Shown one piece after another: positions 9,782 to 20,640 of a DNA stretch of 64,000 bases (within the stretch, counting starts at the first letter, position 1; each line of letters begins with the position of its first letter). The translations under genes and the position numbers were made by a program. The notes below the pieces were generated by a model. That model saw only the letters and a program-made list of their open reading frames with translations, ran no database searches and was not told the origin of the DNA. Origin of the DNA: an uncultured delta proteobacterium (GTDB lineage: Bacteria; Desulfobacterota; Syntrophia; Syntrophales; UBA2185); assembly GCA_963695875.1 (NCBI GenBank), contig CAVOID010000008.1, forward strand, positions 229,169 through 293,168, written 5' to 3'.

Positions 9782-12259
9782 ATGGAATCACTTAAAGCAA
9801 TTCTGGAGAAAATCGAAGCACCATTAGTATTCTCATCAAGAGATTATTACAGGCATCTGCCCCTCATTAAGGACTTTGAAGTGACAATGACGACATTCTT
9901 AAGGCAAATTAAAAATGTGTTGTCACTGTCTGCAATACAGGCTGATTTAGACATAACTTATAGAAATATAATTTCCGGATTTGAAGAAGCAATTCTGGAC
10001 TTTGATAAACTATCGTTGGAATGTAAAAAAGAACGCATAGAAAAATCGCTTCTTCTCGTGAATGAACTGAAACGAGTTGCCGAAGTATCTTTGAATTTAA
10101 CTTCCGATATTCAAAATGAAAAGGCATTCCCCAAATTGGATAATTCAGTCCAGAGTGTTGAAAAGATATCCCTTCCTGTACAGTTCATAAAAGGAGTGGG
10201 ACCAAAAATCTCGGCTATGCTTGAGAAGAAAGGATTAAAAACCGTCGAGGATTTGCTGTATTTTGTACCAAGGAAATACGAAGACAGGCGATCCGTGAAG
10301 GCGATTAAATCAGTCAGAACCGGTGCCAGGGAAACAATCATTGGTAAAGTTACCCGAGCAGAGATCATGCTATACAGGAATAAAAGAGTGTATGAGGTAA
10401 CCATAGACGATGGCAGTGGATTGCTTACCGCCAAGTGGTTTAAAGGGAACTACAAATATCTGAAAAATATTTTCAAAGAGGGCATACGGGTTATAATGAC
10501 CGGGGAAGTGAGAGGTTACCTTTTCGGTAAGGATATGGTCCACCCTGACTTCGAGGCTTTAGACGACGACGAAAATGGACAAAATCTGCTCCACTTCAAG
10601 AGGATTGTACCCGTTTATTCAGAAACGGAGGGACTTCACCAGAAACATATCAGGAAGATCATGGCTCATGTGATTGATAACTATTCACGATATGTCTTAA
10701 GCCCCATACCTGAAGAAATATGCCAAGAACGTCATCTTGAAAATATTTATACTGCAATCCGAAATATACACTTTCCTGAATTTAATGAGGATATCGGCGC
10801 ATACAATGAAATGCAATCAGAGGCGCACCGAAGACTCATTTATGATGAATTTTTCTTCCTTCAATTGGGCCTAGCTATGAAAAGAAAAGGGAACATACTG
10901 GATAAAGGTATAGCATTTAAGACCGGGGGCAAAATTCTTCAAAAATTTTATGATATTCTTCCATTCAATTTAACCACTGCTCAAAAAAGGGTCATTGGAG
11001 AAATCGAAGTGGATATGGAAAAGACCTGCAGCATGAATCGGCTTCTTCAGGGTGATGTTGGATGTGGTAAAACGGTAGTATCCATGGCAGCAATGATTAC
11101 GGCTTGTGAAAATAATTATCAGGCGGCCATAATGGCGCCGACTGAGATTCTGGCAGGGCAGCACTATGAACGCATTAAAAATTGGTCTGACCAGCTTGGT
11201 TTAAAAGTTGTTTTACTAACCGGCAGCACGAAAGATCAACAAAGAAGGAAAGTATTTGAAAAGATAAAAAAAAACGATGTTGATATCATAGTCGGTACGC
11301 ACGCATTGATCCAGGAGCATATAAATTTCGGTAACCTTGGTTTTGTTGTCGTCGATGAGCAGCACCGCTTTGGTGTTATCCAAAGGGCTGCACTGCGACA
11401 AAAGGGGGCAAATCCTGACTTTTTGGTTATGACAGCCACTCCGATTCCGAGGACACTTGCGATGACTGTATACGGGGATTTAGATATTTCCGTGATCGAT
11501 GAATTACCTCCTGGAAGGAAAGAGATTCGGACAAAGGTATTTTTTGAAGAGCAACGCAAGAAGGTTTATGACATCATACGGATGGAGTTAAAGAAAGGGA
11601 ACCAGGTTTTCGTCGTTTATCCATTGGTCGAAGAATCTGAAAATCTGGAGCTCAAAGATGCAACGAGAATGGCGGAACGCTTGCAGGTAGAAATATTTCC
11701 GGAATACAGGGTGGGGCTTATTCATGGACGTATGAAAGGGAAAGAAAAGGATAAGATAATGGCAGGTTTCTTAAATAGAGAGATCAATATCCTCGTTTCC
11801 ACGACCGTCATTGAAGTGGGGATTGATGTCCCTCAGGCATCTCTAATTGTGGTCGAGCATGCGGAAAGATTTGGCCTGTCACAATTGCACCAGCTGAGGG
11901 GAAGAGTTGGAAGAAGTGATATTCCGTCATACTGTGTTCTAATGTCGCATCGAAAAGGTTCTGAAGATTCAATCAAAAGACTGCGTGTTATGGAACAAAC
12001 GAACGATGGCTTTAAGATCGCTGAAGAAGATTTAGCTATCAGGGGACCTGGTGAGTTTATGGGAACAAGACAATCTGGATTGCCCGATTTTCGCATCGCT
12101 CATATACTAAGAGATGTGCAAATTCTAATTGAGTCAAAGACGGACGCCTTTTATCTCGTTGAAAGAGATCCGATGCTTGAAAAGGAGGATCATGCACAAC
12201 TTAAAGGAGTCCTTTTGCGCAGGTGGGGCGGCAGGCTTGAGCTCGCAAAAACCGGCTGA
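9782..12259 (+). CDS. recG: ATP-dependent DNA helicase RecG
   Basis: RLLQGDVGCGKT, DEQHRFG, MTATPIPRTL, QLHQLRGRVGR and RGPGEFMGTRQSG motifs. Confidence 0.97.
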   Translation: MESLKAILEKIEAPLVFSSRDYYRHLPLIKDFEVTMTTFLRQIKNVLSLSAIQADLDITYRNIISGFEEAILDFDKLSLECKKERIEKSLLLVNELKRVAEVSLNLTSDIQNEKAFPKLDNSVQSVEKISLPVQFIKGVGPKISAMLEKKGLKTVEDLLYFVPRKYEDRRSVKAIKSVRTGARETIIGKVTRAEIMLYRNKRVYEVTIDDGSGLLTAKWFKGNYKYLKNIFKEGIRVIMTGEVRGYLFGKDMVHPDFEALDDDENGQNLLHFKRIVPVYSETEGLHQKHIRKIMAHVIDNYSRYVLSPIPEEICQERHLENIYTAIRNIHFPEFNEDIGAYNEMQSEAHRRLIYDEFFFLQLGLAMKRKGNILDKGIAFKTGGKILQKFYDILPFNLTTAQKRVIGEIEVDMEKTCSMNRLLQGDVGCGKTVVSMAAMITACENNYQAAIMAPTEILAGQHYERIKNWSDQLGLKVVLLTGSTKDQQRRKVFEKIKKNDVDIIVGTHALIQEHINFGNLGFVVVDEQHRFGVIQRAALRQKGANPDFLVMTATPIPRTLAMTVYGDLDISVIDELPPGRKEIRTKVFFEEQRKKVYDIIRMELKKGNQVFVVYPLVEESENLELKDATRMAERLQVEIFPEYRVGLIHGRMKGKEKDKIMAGFLNREINILVSTTVIEVGIDVPQASLIVVEHAERFGLSQLHQLRGRVGRSDIPSYCVLMSHRKGSEDSIKRLRVMEQTNDGFKIAEEDLAIRGPGEFMGTRQSGLPDFRIAHILRDVQILIESKTDAFYLVERDPMLEKEDHAQLKGVLLRRWGGRLELAKTG

Positions 12260-12396
12260 TCAATAACTTAATTTATTTTGACAAGCTTATGTTAACTGTT
12301 ATAGAAGTGGCAGCGACTAATAACACAACATACACTAGTGTAATTAAGCGTAATGTAAATTTTCGCTAAATTAAAATCTAATACAGGTATTAGTCC

Positions 12397-13708
12397 ATGA
12401 AAACGATAAACTTGGGATTAATCGGCTTCGGTACTATCGGCACAGGTGTGGTCAAACTGCTTCAGGAAGGCATCAGATCTTATCGAGAAGCGGCTCGGCG
12501 CAAAACTTGTTGTGAAGAAAATAGCCGATATTGATATAACCTCACCGAGACAGGTCACCGTCGAGAAAGAGCTGTTAACCCCTGATGCGAAAGTAATCCT
12601 TGATGATCCCGAGATATCCATCGTTATTGAGCTTATCGGCGGGTATGAACCTGCACGCTCGCTTATACTTGAAGCAATGCATAAAAAGAAGCATGTCGTT
12701 ACAGCTAATAAAGCCCTCTTAGCTACACACGGAAATGAGATATTTCGAGCAGCTGAAGAAGAAGGGGTTGATATCGGTTTCGAAGCCAGTGTCGGCGGTA
12801 CAATTCCCATCATCAAGACACTGAAGGAAAGTCTGGCGGCAAACAGGATGAAGTCAATTTTCGGTATTATGAACGGTACATCGAATTACATATTGAGTAA
12901 AATGACCGATGAGGGAAAATCTTTCCAAGTTGTCCTGAAGGAAGCACAGAAGCTCGGTTTTGCAGAAGCCGATCCAACCTTTGACATTGAAGGTATTGAT
13001 ACGGCTCATAAGCTCGCCATCGTATTGTCTTTGGCATACGGCAAGAGGGTAAGACTTAAAGATATCTACCGGGAAGGTATCTCCGGAATTAGTAAACAGG
13101 ATATTGATTTCGGCAGAGAACTGGGCTATCGGATCAAACTGCTCGCTATTGCCATTCAAAGAGAAAATTATATTGAGGCAAGGATTCATCCCACTATGGT
13201 TCCACTTACCCATCTTCTGGCAAACGTAAATGGAAATTTCAACGCATTTCATTTCGTCGGTGACGCATCAGGCACGGTTTTCCTGTATGGTCAGGGCGCA
13301 GGAATGATGCCCACAGCAAGTGCCGTGATAGCCGATGTTATTGACATTTCGAGAAATTTATTGAAGGGAATATCCGGACGGGTGCCCGCTCGTTCGCTGA
13401 GAGAAGATGTCATTGATGATATCAACCTTATGTCTTTTGATGACATCTGCACAAACTACTATTTCAGATTTTCTGCATTAGACCGGCCAGGGGTCCTTTC
13501 CAAAATTTCCGGAATTCTGGGTGAAAACAATATAAGCATTGCTGCAGTGATTCAAAAAGGGCGGCAGCAGGCGGGACCGGTTCCTGTAGTAATGACGACT
13601 CATAAATCCAGAGAAAAAGATGTTCAGAAAGCAATAAGAGAAATTGATCAACTTGATATAATACGCGGAAAAACGGTATTGATACGAATTGAGGACGAAC
13701 GGCCGTAA
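12397..13708 (+). CDS. hom: Homoserine dehydrogenase with C-terminal ACT domain (frameshift near 12470)
   Basis: ATG 12397 gives MKTINLGLIGFGTIGTGV; the second frame has VVTANKA, FEASVGG, NGTSNYIL and DRPGVL. Confidence 0.93.
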
Positions 13709-14940
13709 TGAAATACATTATCCTGCTCGGCGATGGCATGGCGGATTATCCATTAGAAGAACTAAAAGGGAAGACTCCGTTGGAATACGCCCATACCCCA
13801 TACATGGACATGATTGCATCACAAGGTACATTAGGTATGATAGATACCATACCTGCCGGGTTTTTGCCCGGGAGTGATGTGGCCATTATGACAGTCCTCG
13901 GATATAACCCTAAACAATACTACACGGGACGGGGGCCTCTGGAAGCTGCAAGCATGGGCCTTCAACTGGGAGATAATGACGTGGCATTTCGCTGTAATCT
14001 TGTAACTCTGGCCGGAGATGAAAAATACATAATGGAGGACTTTACAGCAGGTCATATAACTTCTCAAGAAGCAGGGATAATTATAAATGATATCAATAAG
14101 GAAATGGGAACCGCCAACTTTCAATTCTATCCCGGTGTAAGTTACAGGCACCTTTTAATATGGAGGGATGGGAAGTACCTTCTTGAAACAACCCCCCCCC
14201 ATGACATTACAGGCAGGGTGATCAGTGATTATCTGCCCCGTGGCGGCGATGGCGCGGATCAATTAAATAGTCTCATGGAACGTTCTCAGGTTATTCTAAA
14301 GGATCATCCTGTAAACCGATTGCGTCTAAAAAAGGGTAAAAAGCCGGTAAGCTCCATATGGTTGTGGGGGCAGGGAAGGGTCCCCAAATTTGAAAAACTC
14401 ACTGACAAATATGCTTTACGGGGAGGAATGATATCTGCCGTTGATCTCTTAAATGGCATTGGTGTCTGTGCAGGCCTTAAAGTAATTACTGTTGAGGGCG
14501 CAACTGGGTATACAGATACAAATTATTCTGGAAAGGCAAGAAAGGCTTTAGATGCCTTGAAAGAAATGGATTTTATATTTGTCCATGTTGAAGCCCCGGA
14601 TGAAATGGGTCATGAAGGAAATATTGAAGGCAAGATTAAGGCCATTGAAGATTTTGACAAAAAGGTCGTCGGTACCATCTTGAGCGAAATTTACAGCATA
14701 GGTCCATTCAGGCTGCTCGTTTTAAGCGATCATCCAACACCTATCAGCATAAGGACACATGCATCGGACCCATCTCCATTTGCCGTATTATCTTCCGATA
14801 AAGATGAAAATTTGAGAAACGGTTCAACCTTTAGTGAATCTTCGGCAAAAAGCAATGGCGTGATGGTTTCTCCAGGTAATCTTCTCATAGATAGATTCAT
14901 CGGGAATTGGAGGGGATTTGTTGAAGAAAAACCACGTTAA
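13708..14940 (+). CDS. apgM: Cofactor-independent phosphoglycerate mutase family protein (ApgM-type)
   Basis: GDGMAD, KTPLE, PGSDVA, YTGRGPLEA, HVEAPDEMGH and SDHPTP motifs; TAATG coupling to hom. Confidence 0.88.
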   Translation: MKYIILLGDGMADYPLEELKGKTPLEYAHTPYMDMIASQGTLGMIDTIPAGFLPGSDVAIMTVLGYNPKQYYTGRGPLEAASMGLQLGDNDVAFRCNLVTLAGDEKYIMEDFTAGHITSQEAGIIINDINKEMGTANFQFYPGVSYRHLLIWRDGKYLLETTPPHDITGRVISDYLPRGGDGADQLNSLMERSQVILKDHPVNRLRLKKGKKPVSSIWLWGQGRVPKFEKLTDKYALRGGMISAVDLLNGIGVCAGLKVITVEGATGYTDTNYSGKARKALDALKEMDFIFVHVEAPDEMGHEGNIEGKIKAIEDFDKKVVGTILSEIYSIGPFRLLVLSDHPTPISIRTHASDPSPFAVLSSDKDENLRNGSTFSESSAKSNGVMVSPGNLLIDRFIGNWRGFVEEKPR

Positions 14941-15337
14941 GATACGTGTCATTTACGCAGATACCGATGCCATGGGTATCGTTTATCATACCAATTACAT
15001 CAAATGGTTCGAAATCGGGCGAACAGAACTCCTCAGAGGCATTGGTATAGTCTATGCGGAGATGGAATCGAAGGGATACAACCTGCCATTGACGGAGGCA
15101 TACTGCCACTATTTGTTACCGGCCAAATATGACCAGGTCATTGTTCTCGAAACGGAGCTGGAATATGTGAAAAGGGCAAGCATGAAATTTAACTACAACA
15201 TTTGGGATGAAGACAAAGAGAAGATTCTCGTCGAAGGATATACCATCCATGCTTGTACAAACACCATTGGGAAAATAGTACGGGTACCGTCCTTTGTCAT
15301 AGAGAAGATCAATAACCAGATGCAATTAAAATTTTGA
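14918..15337 (+). CDS. Acyl-CoA thioesterase, YbgC/FadM family
   Basis: RVIYADTDAMGIVYHTNYIKWFEIGRTE hot-dog fold motif. Confidence 0.9.
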   Translation: MLKKNHVKIRVIYADTDAMGIVYHTNYIKWFEIGRTELLRGIGIVYAEMESKGYNLPLTEAYCHYLLPAKYDQVIVLETELEYVKRASMKFNYNIWDEDKEKILVEGYTIHACTNTIGKIVRVPSFVIEKINNQMQLKF

Positions 15338-15349
15338 CAGGAAGACAAC

Positions 15350-16034
15350 ATGGCAAGAAAGATTACTAAGAAGGAAATTGAAAAGCCGGATTCATTTCAA
15401 TTAGCATTAAAGAAAATAGCAACATACGTAAAAGAAAATAGATCAAAGATTTATTTAATATCCGCTATAATCACTTTAATCATTGGTATTTCATGCGGTT
15501 GGTATTTTTACAGAATGAATTACGAGAATAATGCACATAAGCTCTATGAAAAGGCCAATCTTGTTGGTATGAAGCTTACCATGCAAGGAGGTAAACCGGA
15601 TCGAAAATGTTTTTAAAATGTATAGGGATGTCACGACGCAGTATCCGGGATCCAAAGCTGCCATGATGGTACATTATCAAATGGGGAATATGTATTACAA
15701 TCTCGGCGATATTGAATCTTCGATAAAGGAATATACGAAATTTCTTAAAGAAGTACCTGATGGAAGCGATCTAAGAGCTCTTGCATATGTCGGATTGGGA
15801 TATTGTTATGAATCGAAAAAAGACTTGAAGGACGCCTTGGAGTCATTTGAAAAGGCTGCCAATTCAAAATCAGTTGGAAGTTTTGAAGGTATCACATACA
15901 GAAATATTGCTAGAATTTATGAAGAAATGAATAACAAAGAAAAGGCCTTAGAATATTATAAGAAAGCACTTGATAAAACGTCTGATCCTTCCATGGAGCA
16001 TCTTTTAAAAAGGAAAATATCAATCATTAGCTGA
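15350..16034 (+). CDS. Membrane-anchored TPR protein (YfgM-like), frameshift near 15605
   Basis: KPDSFQ N-terminus plus a TM helix in ORF 15350-15616; TPR repeats in ORF 15618-16034. Confidence 0.75.
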
Positions 16035-16103
16035 AGTTGCAGGGCGAGTGCATTTTGGGACAGCTGTTATTCTCTGCAATATCTCAGGAGAATTAAAGAA
16101 TAT

Positions 16104-17898
16104 ATGAAAGCATTGATGTCGGGAAATGAGAGTATTGCAAGGGGTGCTTACGAACATGGAGTTCGCTTCGCATCCGGGTATCCGGGAACACCAAGTACTG
16201 AAATTATTGAGAATATTTCAAAGTATGATGGTGTCTATGCAGAGTGGTCTCCCAATGAAAAGGTTGCCCTTGAGGTTGGTATCGGTGCAGCTTTAGCGGG
16301 TGCAAGGGCTATGGTTGTTATGAAGCATGTAGGGGTCAACGTTGCTGCTGATCCGCTCTTTACCGTAAGTTATACAGGAACAAACGGGGCGCTCGTCATT
16401 ATCACTGCCGATGACCCTTCTCTGCACAGTTCACAAAATGAACAGGATAACAGAAACTACGCCAAATTCGCAAAGATACCTATGCTTGAGCCTGCGGATA
16501 GCCAGGAAGCCAAAGATTATATAAAAATTGCGTTTGATTTAAGTGAAAAGTTTGATACTCCTGTCTTTCTGAGGACAACCACACGCGTTTCCCATTCAAA
16601 ATCCATCGTAGTTTTGGAAGAACCATCAGTCACAGAGGATCGAACTGCTATACATTTTAACACCTCAAAATACGTCATGGTCCCTATCAATGCTCGTGCG
16701 AGAAGGGTTGAAGTTGAAAAAAGACTGCAAAGACTCAGAGAATTTGCTGAAAATTTTTCTGAAAACAAGATTGAAATGAACGATCCCGAAGTTGGCATTA
16801 TTACAGCCGGGATGTCATATAATTATACTAAAGATATCTTCCCCAATTATTCTTATCTAAAACTCGGAATGGTTTATCCGATACCCTCCAAGATGGTCCG
16901 GGAATTTGCCTCGAAAGTCAAAAAACTTTACGTGGTTGAGGAGCTCGATCCATTTATAGAGGAACAGGTTGCTGTATTGGGCATTAAGGTTGTCGGCAAG
17001 GAGATCTTTCCCTGTACAAACGAATTCGATCCCGGTGTGATTGAGCAGGCTATAAAAGGTGAGAAGACTGCAACTGTCAGCTTTGCCGAACATATCAGTT
17101 CCACCGAGACCTCCGAATCTTTGTCCCGGTTGCCCTCACAGAGGTCTGTTCTATGTCCTCGGAAAACTGAAGGTCTTTGTCACAGGTGATATCGGATGCT
17201 ATACTTTATCATATATGAAACCGTTGGAAGGTCTTCATTCTTGTATCTGTATGGGCGCAAGTATCGGCATGGCGCATGGTATGAGCAAGGCTTTGAAGGA
17301 TAAAGGGAAGGGGAAGGTTGTTGGTGTTATCGGGGACTCTACGTTTATTCATTCGGGCATAACACCGTTGTTGAATATGGCCTATAACAAAAGTGATGCA
17401 GTCATTGTTATATGTGACAACAGGACAACTGCAATGACGGGAATGCAGGAACATCCGGCAACCGGTTACACACTACAGGGAGAAAAAACAAAAGAGCTTG
17501 ATTTTACGACCCTCGCCAAGGCATTGGGGATTGATAGTGTCCGTGTAATAGATCCGTACGAGATTAAAGCAACAAGAAAAGTGATGAACGAAGAATTGTC
17601 AAAACCTGGTCCTTCAGTCGTTATATCAAGGAGATCCTGTGTATTATTCAAGCGAAATATAAATGATGTACAAAAACCGCTTGAAGTCGATAGGAATATC
17701 TGTATCGGTTGCAAATCATGTATTGATCTTGGATGTCCACCGATCTCGTGGATAAAGTTTGAAGACATGCCAGGTGATGGGATTAAAAAGAATGTGAAAA
17801 GACAAGAGGGTATTGCATTTATTGACCGTGACCTTTGTAATGGCTGTACAATTTGTCAGCAGGTATGCAAAGTCGGTGCGATTGTTGAGGTTGATTAA
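16104..17898 (+). CDS. iorA: Indolepyruvate:ferredoxin oxidoreductase alpha subunit (frameshift near 17090)
   Basis: GNESIARGA, YPGTPSTEI, NEKVALE, SSQNEQDNR; RPPNLCPGCPHR, GDIGCY, GDSTFIHSG; C-terminal ferredoxin Cys motifs. Confidence 0.95.
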
Positions 17899-17902
17899 TC
17901 TC

Positions 17903-18485
17903 ATGCCTGAAATTAATGATGTAAAAAGTATTCTGCTTGCAGGTGTGGGTGGCCAGGGAATACTGCGGGCTAGTGATATTTTATGTCTTGTTATGATGGA
18001 GTCCGGCCTGGATGTCAAGAAAAGCGAAGTCCACGGCATGGCCCAGAGGGGCGGATGTGTGACCAGTCATGTTCGTTATGGATCAGAAGGTCTATTCACC
18101 GATAGCAAAGAAAGGTGATGTAGATATTCTTATGTCATTTGAAAAATTAGAGACCCTCCGTTATCTAGATTTCATGAAGTCGGAATGTACTATTATCATT
18201 AATGAAGAAGAGCTTTACCCGCCGTCAGTAAATCTTGGCGATGCCATTTATCCTGGTAATATTGTTGAGAGCGTAAAGAAAATCTTCAAATTTGTGAAGG
18301 TTGTCAATGCCAATAATATAGCGATAAAAGCAGGAGATATCAGGATGGAAAATATAGCGCTCCTGGGAGTTTTATCACTTTATTTGCAACTTGATATTTT
18401 CCTCTGGGAAGAGGTAATCCGTAAATCATTCCCCAAAGCCACCGAAGGAAACCTCAAAGCCTTTCATATGGGGCGGTCAGCATAA
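17903..18485 (+). CDS. iorB: Indolepyruvate:ferredoxin oxidoreductase beta subunit (frameshift near 18085)
   Basis: GVGGQG, SEVHGMAQRGG, SHVRYG / VYSPI and NLKAF motifs. Confidence 0.93.
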
Positions 18486-18726
18486 AAACAAAAGTATGTT
18501 TGTTACAAGCGCTTCAGGAGATAATCAAATTAAAAATCGGATGGATATCCGACGTTTGATAGAAATATGATCGATTTCTTTCCATTATAATTCAAATACT
18601 TCCGCCAACAATCTCATACTAAGCTTTATGTTCTGAACAGGACGTCATTGGAACTTGCTAAATAGAATATATAGTTGTATTATCATCACACATATTCGTT
18701 AAATGTCCCTGATTTGCGTACTAAGC

Positions 18727-18754
18727 TTGACAAAAAAGAAGAAATGCATATTGT
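18727..18754 (+). promoter_or_regulatory. Sigma70-like promoter upstream of the DnaJ-class gene
   Basis: TTGACA-N16-TATTGT. Confidence 0.45.
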
Positions 18755-18838
18755 AAAAAGGTAGTGAATTGCTTGCAAATTTTTCCTATCTTAAAAAGTG
18801 GATAGTTTTGATTAATCAACGAATTATATAGTATTGTT

Positions 18839-19784
18839 ATGGCAGAGGATTATTACAAAATATTGGGTGTGGAAAAAAACGCGGATGCCGAGATTATAAA
18901 AAAGGCCTATAGAAAACTGGCCTTGAAGTGGCATCCTGATAAGAACCCCAACAATAGAACAGCGGAGGAGAAGTTTAAAAAGATCAGCGAGGCTTATGCA
19001 GTTCTAAGCGATCCTAAAAAGCGCGAAGAATATGATACATACGGCTCTGCAGATCAGTTCAGGCAGAGATACACTCAAGAGGATATTTTCAGAGGTTTCG
19101 ATCTGAATGATATATTAAGAGGATTTGGCTTTGGAGAATCGGTCGGGGCAGGGACAAGAACGTTCAGAACGAACAGGGGAGGTGGTTTTTCCTTCACGCA
19201 AGGCGGTTCATTTTCCGACATTTTCGAGGGAGAGAGGACATAGATTTGCGCACCAACCCCAGAAAGGCCAGGATTTTGAATATAACCTTTCAATTACATT
19301 AGAAGAATCTGTTTTTGGAGCTGAAAAGAAATTAGCCCTTCAAAAAGAAGCCAACGTCGAGGAAATTAGTTTTAAGGTACCGCCTGGCATCAATTCCGGA
19401 AAAAAATTGAGATTATCCGGCAAGGGGGCTCCCGGCATTGATGGAGGACCTCCGGGTGACTTATATATAAATATACACGTTCTTCCCCATCCAATTTTTG
19501 CTAGAGATGGAAATGATATATATATCGAAAAGGCAATCAACTTTACCCAGGCCGTGCTGGGAACGAGCATTGATGTTCCTACCCTTGACGGAGCGACTAA
19601 AAGAATCAAAATTCCACCGGGTACTCAGAGCAATACAAAAATTAGAATGAAAGGTTTTGGAGTTTCAGGATTGAAGAGTACAGGTAAGGGAGATCAATTT
19701 GTGAAAATAACAGTTAATGTTCCTAAAAAGCTGACTGAGAAGCAGCTTCAGTTGGTCAATAAATTAGTTGAAGAAGGTCTATAG
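18839..19784 (+). CDS. DnaJ-class chaperone without zinc finger (CbpA-like), frameshift near 19235
   Basis: J domain ([15 protein letters not shown]), G/F-rich region, C-terminal domains (PPGDLY, VPTLDG, GDQFV). Confidence 0.92.
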
Positions 19785-19803
19785 CAATCTGGTCAATTAT
19801 GAT

Positions 19804-19831
19804 ATGTCTTATAAGATATGTTATGTAAACT
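19804..19831. other. dif-like XerC/XerD recombination site
   Basis: ATGTCTTATAA-GATATG-TTATGTAAACT fits the 11-6-11 dif architecture (E. coli GGTGCGCATAA-TGTATA-TTATGTTAAAT). Lies between convergent genes where gene-strand bias flips. Confidence 0.8.
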
Positions 19832-19864
19832 TACTTGATCCTCAAATTCATTTCATTATGAAGA

Positions 19865-20587
19865 TTAGATTAATTCAACTTCTCCAACAGCGCCAAAATG
19901 TTCTCCCACAATTATCACTATACCTTTGACGCCCTCTATTTTCATTCCTCTTTCGAGAGCACATTTAATATCACTTTTATTTTTTACAATATTTCCAATA
20001 GCTGTTGCAGCTGCATCAGCCATTGTGGAAGATTTTGACAGAACGCAAACTGCATCTGCTTTTCCAAAGCTCAATGAGTGTCCCACCGTTCCGGATGATG
20101 TACAGACACCCATTGGCATCTTGCTCAGACTTCAAGTTTAGCCTAAGATTGTAGCTTAAAGGTGAATCACCTGCAAAAATAGCAACCTTTATCTCGCTTT
20201 CGGTCTTTAAAAAAATATCACCACCATTTTCAACGATAACATTGTGTGATAAATGAAGCAGATCATCACCCACATACTCAGCGATTGCCCCCGCAACCGA
20301 GGCCATGGGGCCTACACCGGCCGTACTGGAAGTCTTCAGCATATCCCTTACAATACGTGGAGCCAGCCGATCATCAGCGCATGGGATTTAAGGATGTTAA
20401 GAAAATCAGGATGATATTTTATATAAGACTCTATAAATCCTCGGTATTTATGTACGGATTGAAGCGCGGCATCAGAAAGGTCTTTGTCGGAACAGATAAA
20501 AAGATCAGTTTCACGCACACTTACATGAAATGCTATAAGGCTATTATGAGATACTTTATTCCTATATGTCCTTTCGAGGTATTTCAT
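19865..20587 (-). CDS. UPF0280 / ApbE-like family protein (two frameshifts)
   Basis: ETDLFI, AGVGPMASVAGAIAE, VENGGDIF and GVCTSSGTVGHSLSFGKADA motifs spread over three ORF pieces. Confidence 0.88.
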
Positions 20588-20640
20588 TATTAAATCTTAA
20601 AGTAATACTTGATATCATCGTTATGATTTAATGAATTACA

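Noticed and set aside
12287..12297. TTATGTTAACT XerD-like half site upstream of hom
   Set aside because: No XerC arm ending in ATAA at 6-bp spacing; it lies within a promoter spacer.
18486..18838. Possible CIRCE element or sRNA upstream of the DnaJ-class gene
   Set aside because: No TTAGCACTC-N9-GAGTGCTAA; only a short TCGGAT/ATCCGA hairpin, probably the iorB 3' end.
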